Virus record (IMG/VR): IMGVR_UViG_3300046779_002192
Span: 1 to 58,799 of that record
Origin: a virus
Lineage: Duplodnaviria; Caudoviricetes
Length of the DNA: 58,799 nt
Direction: 5' to 3' (one strand)
Positions 52,148 to 58,799 of the stretch are shown here, in pieces. Position 1 is the first letter of the stretch. The number at the start of each line of letters is the position of its first letter. The notes under the pieces are model-generated. The model did no database searches and was not told the DNA's origin. It saw nothing but the letters and a program-made list of their open reading frames with translations. The position numbers and the translations under genes are program-made.

Positions 52148-55054
52148 TTATTTTTTCTCCATTGCTTTTTTGGTTGCGGTAGCATACATTACTTCTTTGC
52201 CGCGACCGGGATATCTCTCTTCAAAATCTTCTTTGCTTTTTTTCATACCCTTAACAATTTTTTCTTTCTCTTTTGTTTCAGACTTAGAAAGCTTTTTTTC
52301 GTTTACTTCTGCTTCATCATCATCTTCATCTGCCCATTTTGGCTTTCCATCACCATCTTTATCTAATTTTGGGTCGTTTGCAAAGCGTTTTTCTGATACA
52401 ATCTTAAAGCGTTTCATCAATAAGTCCCAACGCTCTTCGTTAATCCATTCATCAAGAGGCTTCTCTTGTTTCTTTGCTTCATCATCGCGTTTGTAAGCAG
52501 CATGAGACTTGTTTGGATGTACCTTGTTACAGTCATGTGCTTCATTTAGTTGCTTGTTTTTCATACCATCCTCCCAATCTCTGAATGTCATATTGCCCAA
52601 TAAATAAGCTTCTTCTTCAAGCTTACGAAGGTATGGGTTCTTTTGTGCATATCCTTCTGATGCCTCTCCCATTCTTTGTGGGTCTAATTGACCACGACAG
52701 TTCTGTGCATGATGAATCACTTCATGAGCTACGGAGCGCATGATATCTTTTGGATGTCTATCGGTAGTATAGACCGTAATTTCCATTGATTGTGGGTCAT
52801 AATAAGCAGTTTTTGCAAATGGGCTTTGAGCATTAATAGGGTCGTCAATGAAGTTAATGGTTGGCGGTCTATTGAATCCAATTTGCTTCTGCATATATGG
52901 AAGCAAATTGGATTCAACATGTTCACGATATTCTCGTAAAACGTTTTTATGTTTATTAGATTCAACAATTAAATTATTGACAATTCTCAAGACTTGAGAC
53001 TCAGCTAGTTTAACACCATAGTTTGATAAGAATTTTCTTAATATGTTTATGGCTGCTTGTTTGGTTTGAGCATTTAATGGCTTTTCACCTTTTTTTTCAT
53101 TTGGTTGCAATGTATCTATTAATTTAGTAAGATTCTTAGAATCTAATTGTTTGGTTCCTTTTGGACCAGATTTTACTAGACCAGCAGAACGACCCTTTAG
53201 GTATTCTCTTTTTTCTGGTTCTTGTATTTTCTTTGCAACTTCTCCCATCATTGCTTTGATGGTTTTTATAAAGCTTGGAGTAAAGCCAAGTTCTTCTGGA
53301 AAAGCCCCAGCAACATGAATTTCAACAGCTCTTGGGTCAGTTATTTCTCTTGAAGATGTTTTATCTTGATAATTTCCTTGAACCATCTTGGTTACATGCT
53401 GTACTTTTTGAATTAAATCTCCATATTTTTCCTTAAAGTCTTTATCAAACTCTGGACTGCTTATTTCAAGTTTTTTACCTGCTTTCTTGGAAACCTCTGC
53501 TTCTACTTTCTTTCTTGCTAGTGACAAAAGTACAGCATACTTTCTTAAAGCTAATTCAATACCGCCAGAAATTTCTTGACCACCAACTGACTCTTCTTTG
53601 CCGCCAGCTACACCTTTTTCATCTTTAAATGATTTTTTATCAAATTTAATACCTTTTTTGATAATATCATCAATTTTACCTTCCCAATCTTGGCTTTTTG
53701 CTTCATCAACAATATATTTTTGGTAATAATCTACATTACCTTCTGGAGAAGATGGTGGAGAATCTTCTTTTTCTGGTGCAGAAGGTTCGGTAGTGGTGGT
53801 AGGAGTATCTTCTTTAGCTGGTGTAGAATTTTTTATTCTAAGTTCAGCAGCTTGAATAACGCCTTTAATTCCTTGCTCTCTATATAATTCTTTACTAAAT
53901 CTGTTTGAATCTAAATCATTTTTAATTTTTTCATATTCTTCTTTTGTATTTGCATTGTTAAATCTTTTTAAGAATGCTCTTCTTGCATCAGTTTTATTAT
54001 CTTCGGCACCCTCATTTAATAAAAATATATTAATTTGTTCATTTAATAAAATATCATAAGCAGTAAGATTTCTATTAGATAAATCTAATGATTCTCTCAC
54101 AGGAATACCTGCTCTTTCAAACTCTGCTCTTAATGTTCTTAATATTGAAGCAGTTGCCCATCTTGGAACAGAAGCACTTAAAGCTCTATAGAGGTCTGTA
54201 GATACTGGTATCTCTCTAGACGTAGTAGGTGGACCTGCTGGTGGACGTTCACCGCCAGCACCACCAGCACCTTCTGGTGGTGGTTCTCCTCCACCACCTC
54301 CACCACCTCCTGCACCTCCTGCACCTTCTGGCGGTGTTGGGGTGGTTGTGGTGGGTGTTGTGGTTGTACTGCTGCCCTCTGCACCACCCTCCAATTGTTT
54401 GATTAAAATATTAGCATAACGCTCAGAGCTAATTTTATATTGCACAATATTGCTCATAAAACTACCTAAAGCTTTTGCTATTAAAGTAACCAATTCTTTT
54501 TTTTGTTTTTCACTAGCAGAAACAAAAAACTTTTTCCAATCTGGTTCACCTTCACCAGCATTTAATTTTTTTGTGTAACCATCTATTGTTTGAAGAGTTA
54601 ACTTCAATTGTCTACCGAATAAATTGTCTACAGTTTGAATTAAATTATAATATCTTTTAGTATCATTTAATAATTCATCAGTATAAAAAGGAAGTATAGT
54701 AGCTCTATAGAATTCAGCAAATGTATTAGCATAATCTCGTGTTTCACCCAAAGTGTTCATAAATAAATTAACATTTTGAAATTCATTTAATTCTTTAGTG
54801 AAGGTAGTTCCACCTAAAGCACTATCTAAATTATTAATAATTGTACCTACTTTATTATAGTCTTCTGTATCTGAGGAAGCAGGGTGTCCGCTAGTGTATG
54901 CTGCTACGCCTTGAATATCTCTAAATACATCTGGTTTTTTTGTTTGTAAAGTTTCTTCTAATTTTTTATGTATTTGAAAAGCTCTGCCTGTAAAATAGCT
55001 AGCTTCTTTTATTAATTTTTTATTTTCACTTAAAACAATACGGAGCTTTCTCAT
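52148..55054 (-). CDS. Large (968 aa) putative internal head/core protein with a C-terminal HExxH zincin domain
   Basis: Many L/I/V-x-E motifs (VLSE, LIKE, LLNE, KLAE, LIVE, QLNE); G/P/T linkers; TAYYDP...DIMRSVAHEVIHHAQ...EEEAY; DKDGDG; EVMYATATKKA tail like that of T4-superfamily core proteins. Confidence 0.6.
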   Translation of the reverse strand: MRKLRIVLSENKKLIKEASYFTGRAFQIHKKLEETLQTKKPDVFRDIQGVAAYTSGHPASSDTEDYNKVGTIINNLDSALGGTTFTKELNEFQNVNLFMNTLGETRDYANTFAEFYRATILPFYTDELLNDTKRYYNLIQTVDNLFGRQLKLTLQTIDGYTKKLNAGEGEPDWKKFFVSASEKQKKELVTLIAKALGSFMSNIVQYKISSERYANILIKQLEGGAEGSSTTTTPTTTTPTPPEGAGGAGGGGGGGGEPPPEGAGGAGGERPPAGPPTTSREIPVSTDLYRALSASVPRWATASILRTLRAEFERAGIPVRESLDLSNRNLTAYDILLNEQINIFLLNEGAEDNKTDARRAFLKRFNNANTKEEYEKIKNDLDSNRFSKELYREQGIKGVIQAAELRIKNSTPAKEDTPTTTTEPSAPEKEDSPPSSPEGNVDYYQKYIVDEAKSQDWEGKIDDIIKKGIKFDKKSFKDEKGVAGGKEESVGGQEISGGIELALRKYAVLLSLARKKVEAEVSKKAGKKLEISSPEFDKDFKEKYGDLIQKVQHVTKMVQGNYQDKTSSREITDPRAVEIHVAGAFPEELGFTPSFIKTIKAMMGEVAKKIQEPEKREYLKGRSAGLVKSGPKGTKQLDSKNLTKLIDTLQPNEKKGEKPLNAQTKQAAINILRKFLSNYGVKLAESQVLRIVNNLIVESNKHKNVLREYREHVESNLLPYMQKQIGFNRPPTINFIDDPINAQSPFAKTAYYDPQSMEITVYTTDRHPKDIMRSVAHEVIHHAQNCRGQLDPQRMGEASEGYAQKNPYLRKLEEEAYLLGNMTFRDWEDGMKNKQLNEAHDCNKVHPNKSHAAYKRDDEAKKQEKPLDEWINEERWDLLMKRFKIVSEKRFANDPKLDKDGDGKPKWADEDDDEAEVNEKKLSKSETKEKEKIVKGMKKSKEDFEERYPGRGKEVMYATATKKAMEKK
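54227..54390 (-). repeat. Low-complexity linker with duplicated PPEGAGGAGG and T/P and G runs
   Basis: STTTTPTTTTPTPPEGAGGAGGGGGGGGEPPPEGAGGAGGERPP. Confidence 0.7.
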
Positions 55055-55073
55055 TGATAATCCTCTTTCTTTA

Positions 55074-55080
55074 TAAATAG
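55074..55080 (-). promoter_or_regulatory. Putative late promoter motif CTATTTA
   Basis: GCTATTTATAAAGAAAGAGGATTATCAATG upstream of the head-protein cluster. Confidence 0.6.
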
Positions 55081-55081
55081 C

Positions 55082-55360
55082 TTACATATTCAAACTTTCT
55101 CTTGTTTTGTTAACAATTTCAAGAGAAATGACTAATATTTCCTTTTCACTACCACCATCGGATAGTTGCAATACTTTTGCTAATGCTACTTGTCTATCTC
55201 CACGATAAGCAAGATATAATGAACTTATAACACCAATTTTCTTTATTTTCTCTGGTATAGCAAGGCCGTTATAATCTGTCAACTCTGACCAACTAACTAG
55301 GTCACCAACCTTTAATTTGACATATTGAGAGTAACCAAAAATATTGTTTATTGAAAACAT
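55082..55360 (-). CDS. Hypothetical protein (SH3/KOW-like, LKVGDLVSW)
   Basis: SD AGGTGG and the ATG both lie inside the hairpin. Confidence 0.6.
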   Translation of the reverse strand: MFSINNIFGYSQYVKLKVGDLVSWSELTDYNGLAIPEKIKKIGVISSLYLAYRGDRQVALAKVLQLSDGGSEKEILVISLEIVNKTRESLNM

Positions 55361-55394
55361 AAAGCCACCTACAGTAAGTAGGTGGCTTTATGTT
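55356..55394 (-). promoter_or_regulatory. 17-bp hairpin occluding the SD and start codon, with late motif CTACTTA at the 5' arm/loop
   Basis: AACATAAAGCCACCTAC-TTACT-GTAGGTGGCTTTATGTT. Confidence 0.7.
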
Positions 55395-55409
55395 GTTATA
55401 GAGTTTTAT

Positions 55410-55877
55410 TTACTTTGAATGTTTATCGGCTATAGTAGATGCTGCCCAAGCCTCTGGTTTAATCTTACAATCAAACCCAGAAGCCTTTACATATCCAGAA
55501 AGACTATCTGCTAGTTTGCTGCTAGCAGCCTTTCTATCTGAGTTAACATCTAGGTGCAATTCTAATCTAACATTTGGAATCTCTTCACTTATCTCCATGC
55601 CTAGCTGAATAGAATTGGTAGCTTCGTGAATAAGCCTTGTGGTTAGGTTTGGAAAATCTCGTCGTAATAGATTTTCTTTAGAGTAAAAGTAAATACCACC
55701 AGTTCTTTGTTCCTCGTTATAAAGGCAAATTACTGAGGATAAAATACAATTCTTTTTATGCACAAACGAATCACTTCCAATATAAACTTTACCATTCGTT
55801 TTAGAATGTTTTTTAATTGCATTATGAATCGCATCTAGGGTAGTTGGATTCCCATTTCCTGTGTACCATCGTTTCAT
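55410..55877 (-). CDS. Ribonuclease H-like protein, YkuK/DUF458 family
   Basis: VYIGSDS, RL..EA..SI, ELHLDVN, G...KIKPEAWAAS.IAD. Confidence 0.85.
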   Translation of the reverse strand: MKRWYTGNGNPTTLDAIHNAIKKHSKTNGKVYIGSDSFVHKKNCILSSVICLYNEEQRTGGIYFYSKENLLRRDFPNLTTRLIHEATNSIQLGMEISEEIPNVRLELHLDVNSDRKAASSKLADSLSGYVKASGFDCKIKPEAWAASTIADKHSK

Positions 55878-56155
55878 TAGTTATATCCTATGTCTTCTAT
55901 TAATTCTTGTGGAACTAAAATTGGTTGATTTTCTGCAATAACAAGATGATATCCACGTTTATCTGGATAGTTTGTTGTTCTCATAACTTGTTTGCCTAAA
56001 GTAATTTTGACCATTTGTTTGGTTTCAATGTTAACGAAGAATCCCCATCCTTCGCCTTTAAGTCTTTCATAGGGGTATGTTATTTTAAGCTTAGATTGAG
56101 ATTGCAAAATGCTTAGAGCATGAGACTCTTTAATCTTTTCAAAAGCTTTTGACAT
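55877..56155 (-). CDS. Hypothetical protein (92 aa)
   Basis: SD GGAGGGAG; first gene after a sigma70 promoter. Confidence 0.7.
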   Translation of the reverse strand: MSKAFEKIKESHALSILQSQSKLKITYPYERLKGEGWGFFVNIETKQMVKITLGKQVMRTTNYPDKRGYHLVIAENQPILVPQELIEDIGYN

Positions 56156-56172
56156 TATTCTCCCTCCTACAT

Positions 56173-56200
56173 AATATAAGAGCTATGGAAAAAATGTCAA
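56173..56200 (-). promoter_or_regulatory. Sigma70 promoter TTGACA-N16-TATATT
   Basis: Intergenic, upstream of a strong SD. Confidence 0.65.
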
Positions 56201-56204
56201 GCTA

Positions 56205-56549
56205 TTAACGTTCGCTGATTCTCACAATTGAAGTTAACTTAACAATGTCAATTTCGTCAACAAGTTTAAGTCTTGGCAATATTTTTTCGTTTAATTCGTC
56301 TTTAATCTTGACAGTTGGTTCCAAAGCGACTTTAATAATCAAATCTCTGTACTCATAACCAGAGAGTATTTGTGTTTCTTCTGTAGTTTTTACTACAGTT
56401 ACATTTTCTATCGAACGAATCTCGTCCTTAACCTTTAAAAAGTTAATAGAAGATTCAGTAGCTGTCTTGTATTGAATCAAATATGTAACTTCATAAATAA
56501 TTTGTTCTGTTGCTTCGTTAACAAAGCTATACCATTTATAATTGTTCAT
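56205..56549 (-). CDS. Hypothetical protein (114 aa), possibly a head-associated protein
   Basis: WYSFVNE leader; CTAATTA motif 4 nt upstream of the ATG. Confidence 0.6.
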   Translation of the reverse strand: MNNYKWYSFVNEATEQIIYEVTYLIQYKTATESSINFLKVKDEIRSIENVTVVKTTEETQILSGYEYRDLIIKVALEPTVKIKDELNEKILPRLKLVDEIDIVKLTSIVRISER

Positions 56550-56552
56550 GTA

Positions 56553-56777
56553 TTAATTAGTGCCTTCATCTTTTTCTAGTTGCTTTTTAACATCTACAAG
56601 TGTTTCAAAAGCTCCACGAATTGCTACAATATCGCGTTCAATAGAAATACACGATACCATAACAAAACAAAGGATAGAAAAGATTCTATCTGGAGTAGGA
56701 CTAAACCACTCAGATACACCCAGATAAGTAAAAGCAAATCGAGCGACAAGAGAAAAAATAGTAGAAATATTATGCAT
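56553..56777 (-). CDS. Small membrane protein (two hydrophobic segments)
   Basis: IFSLVARFAFTYLGV and IFSILCFVMVSCISI; SD AAGG. Confidence 0.6.
   Translation of the reverse strand: MHNISTIFSLVARFAFTYLGVSEWFSPTPDRIFSILCFVMVSCISIERDIVAIRGAFETLVDVKKQLEKDEGTN
56554..56560 (-). promoter_or_regulatory. Putative late promoter variant CTAATTA
   Basis: CACTAATTAATACATG, with the same 4-nt spacing to the ATG as other copies. Confidence 0.45.
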
Positions 56778-56961
56778 GAGTTACCTTTTTGATATAGGGT
56801 AGAAATTTGTCAGTAATTATAAATAATTGACTTTCTTTATGTGGAAAGTTTATGCATGTGGCATATAGAGAGAATTTATCCGTGTTTGTTATTATAGCTA
56901 AATGTTTATCATTAATTTTTATGAAATCGCCTATCTCATAATCTTGTAGTTTTAATTCCAT
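56770..56961 (-). CDS. Hypothetical protein (63 aa, YEIGDFIK SH3-like start)
   Basis: Overlapping coupled ORF with a GAGG SD. Confidence 0.5.
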   Translation of the reverse strand: MELKLQDYEIGDFIKINDKHLAIITNTDKFSLYATCINFPHKESQLFIITDKFLPYIKKVTHA

Positions 56962-57340
56962 GCCTCTCCAATAACTCTATACCAGACTTGTCTCTATACT
57001 CATTAGTATATCTCACTTCGCTAATCCCTGCATTGATAATCGCTTTGGCACACATATAACATGGCGAAAGTGTAACATACATTACTTTTCTTTTTGGATT
57101 ATTATAATCTAGTTTAATAAGAGCATTTATTTCTGCATGAATAAAACCAGAGTGACCAGACTCTTCTGAATCTCGCACATTTGGTCCACCTTTATGGTCA
57201 CCATTATATCCTAGAGCCAATACAGACGTATTATCCTCTGGTACTATAACGCAACCTACTTTATAATTTGGGTCTGTTGACCTCTGAGATATTGTATAAG
57301 CAAAAGAGGACCAAACACTATCCCACGTTGGGCGCATCAT
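56936..57340 (-). CDS. dCMP deaminase
   Basis: RS.D...KVGCVIV, GYNG, HAEINAL, PCYMC Zn-deaminase motifs. Confidence 0.92.
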   Translation of the reverse strand: MMRPTWDSVWSSFAYTISQRSTDPNYKVGCVIVPEDNTSVLALGYNGDHKGGPNVRDSEESGHSGFIHAEINALIKLDYNNPKRKVMYVTLSPCYMCAKAIINAGISEVRYTNEYRDKSGIELLERHGIKTTRL

Positions 57341-57548
57341 TTACTCCGTGTGGTTGTAGAGCGAATTCTTCATGGTATGAAAATGGTTGATAATCGGAAG
57401 TTTTTTCATCAAACCAATAAACTTCATACATATTCATATTAGTTTTATTGTCAAAAGCAATTTCTGACACATATCCATAGAAAGTTAAGTCTTCTTCGCA
57501 ATCGTATAGACTTACTAAGTCACCAATTTTATACTTGAAGTTGTTCAT
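57318..57548 (-). CDS. Hypothetical protein (76 aa, SH3-like)
   Basis: KYKIGDLV...YGYV...YEVYWF. Confidence 0.6.
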   Translation of the reverse strand: MNNFKYKIGDLVSLYDCEEDLTFYGYVSEIAFDNKTNMNMYEVYWFDEKTSDYQPFSYHEEFALQPHGVNDAPNVG

Positions 57549-58033
57549 TAGTATATCTTATCATTAATCCCATGAGAATCAAGAATGTTCTTTTTCAGTT
57601 TCCACGTATCTATACCATCCATCTTACCATTTGCATGATAAAACCAAGTATGATTATAAATATTTCCTTTCTCAAATCCTGTAGAATCAACAAAGAACCA
57701 AGAGTTTTCCTCAAGCATATCTTGAATTAAAGTAAAGATTGAGTGAGAGCCATTATAATCATTCTGTTCTTCTTCGGTTTTATACTCGTCTTGATTGAAA
57801 CCGTTTATGATAGTATCCCAAATTTCTGGTCCACCATCACAATATCCGCCTGTATGAAGAGAAAAAGCGTTTTCTCCGAATTGTTTTAGGGTGACATAAT
57901 GTTCACTTGAGTAATACCCAGAACCAGTATTACTTTCATCTCGTAAAAGTTCAACTAATTCTTTGAATCTTTCTACTTTATCTTTTTTGATTAGAAAACG
58001 ACTAGTCGAAAAATAATCAACCTGTACAGACAT
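57548..58033 (-). CDS. Hypothetical protein (161 aa)
   Basis: SD GAGG; first gene after a sigma70 promoter. Confidence 0.7.
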   Translation of the reverse strand: MSVQVDYFSTSRFLIKKDKVERFKELVELLRDESNTGSGYYSSEHYVTLKQFGENAFSLHTGGYCDGGPEIWDTIINGFNQDEYKTEEEQNDYNGSHSIFTLIQDMLEENSWFFVDSTGFEKGNIYNHTWFYHANGKMDGIDTWKLKKNILDSHGINDKIY

Positions 58034-58053
58034 ATTGACCTCGCAATCAATAT

Positions 58054-58082
58054 ATCATATACAGGTTCGATTAAGAAGTCAA
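58054..58082 (-). promoter_or_regulatory. Sigma70 promoter TTGACT-N17-TATGAT
   Basis: Intergenic, upstream of the small-gene/dCMP deaminase operon. Confidence 0.6.
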
Positions 58083-58086
58083 GAAA

Positions 58087-58799
58087 TTATTTTATATCAA
58101 CTATTGTTGCTGACATTTGTTTTATAACATTTCTACCCCTTATTACACCATAGCCCGCAATTTTCAAAATAAAACTTTTCTTTCCTTTTATTGGAAAATT
58201 ATTAATAACACGACTTTTATCTCTGGTTGCAGCAATGGATGCATTACCGCTCGTATAAGAACCATACTTTTCTTCTTCTGGCCCCATAGGAGCAATTATG
58301 TTTGTAGATTTTAGCTGTTTAGGATATTTTTGAAATAAATTATAAATTTTTGTATTAAAGTCATAAAATTGTTGATATGTATTTTTTAATTGATTCCAAT
58401 CTTCAACTTTAATTTTTAAAATTTCTTCCCCAAATTTAGCAGCTATTGTGTCTATAATGGTAACAAATTGTTCAACAAAATTATCTGGTGTAAAATTTAT
58501 ATTTCCAAATTTACCTTGAAATGTATAGTTCTTTCCTTGAATAATTTCATCAAAAGCTTTTCCAAACTCCTCTGGCTGACGAACCGTTGCGCCAAATGGA
58601 GCAGATTTTAATAATTCTATAAGCTCCGCACCAACACCACCAGAAGCTGTTTGTTGTACTTGTCCTTGTTGCGCTTGTCCTTGTTGCGCTTGTCCTTGCT
58701 TTTGTGTTTGTTGACTAACCCATTTTTTTAAAGTAAAAATACTATTATTTTTTATTTCGGGTAATTTACCGAGATTAATCCAATCATTTTTCAATCCTA
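58087..58799 (-). CDS. C-terminal part of a protein whose start lies beyond the window
   Basis: Frame is open to the window edge; contains Q-rich repeats. Confidence 0.65.
   Translation of the reverse strand, partial: GLKNDWINLGKLPEIKNNSIFTLKKWVSQQTQKQGQAQQGQAQQGQVQQTASGGVGAELIELLKSAPFGATVRQPEEFGKAFDEIIQGKNYTFQGKFGNINFTPDNFVEQFVTIIDTIAAKFGEEILKIKVEDWNQLKNTYQQFYDFNTKIYNLFQKYPKQLKSTNIIAPMGPEEEKYGSYTSGNASIAATRDKSRVINNFPIKGKKSFILKIAGYGVIRGRNVIKQMSATIVDIK
58651..58698 (-). repeat. 15-bp in-frame tandem repeat encoding (Q)QGQA/V units
   Basis: tgtccttgttgcgct twice plus partial copies; protein KQGQAQQGQAQQGQVQQ. Confidence 0.75.

Noticed and set aside
15800-55080. T4-type late promoter TATAAATA read on the plus strand (e.g. 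~15800, 48444, 55072)
   Set aside because: It would point antisense to every gene. The fixed spacing to minus-strand ATGs shows the functional orientation is CTATTTA on the minus strand.
1117-58314. Numerous plus-strand ORFs in the track (e.g. 1117..1419, 16284..16673, 18618..19091, 52170..52496)
   Set aside because: All are antisense shadows of long minus-strand genes, with S/F/I-rich translations, no recognisable motifs and no SD.
1-58799. Stop-codon reassignment (TAG or TGA recoding) as in some large phages
   Set aside because: Genes are long and intact in code 11; TAG and TGA end genes at tight junctions (including ATGA overlaps); no suppressor tRNA seen.

Overview
AT-rich segment of a large lytic tailed dsDNA phage (Caudoviricetes, contractile-tail/myovirus type, probably a jumbo or large T4-superfamily-like virus). 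Essentially all real genes and both tRNAs lie on the minus strand, and genetic code 11 fits. In genome (minus-strand) order the window contains: (i) small early-type genes, including dCMP deaminase and a YkuK RNase H-like protein, behind near-consensus sigma70 promoters; (ii) a cluster of putative internal head proteins with L/I/V-x-E motifs, including a zincin-domain protein, a ligase-like/HIGH-nucleotidyltransferase fusion and a possible ADP-ribosyltransferase; (iii) a putative lysis pair (membrane protein plus GH46/lysozyme-fold endolysin); (iv) tRNA-Gln(UUG), tRNA-Ser(UGA), a SpoU RNA methyltransferase, three short-signal lipoproteins, PIN-PhoH and a Cas4-like exonuclease; (v) a ~14 kb glycosylation island with about 7-8 glycosyltransferases, rmlCBD, a sugar C-methyltransferase, a HAD/NTP-transferase/cupin/GDPD-like set and an epimerase; (vi) a gp55-like sigma factor; and (vii) the baseplate module (M15 peptidase hub, HxH spike, gp25, gp6-like wedge, a 3514-aa LamG/beta-propeller protein). 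Non-coding highlights are a recurrent intergenic CTA(T/C/A)TTA putative late promoter, often 4-5 nt before a start codon with no Shine-Dalgarno (SD); two hairpins that bury the ribosome-binding site and carry that motif at the loop; a multibranch RNA structure upstream of the methyltransferase; and two small ORFs missed by the ORF track. Family calls rest on motif recognition by eye, not on database searches.
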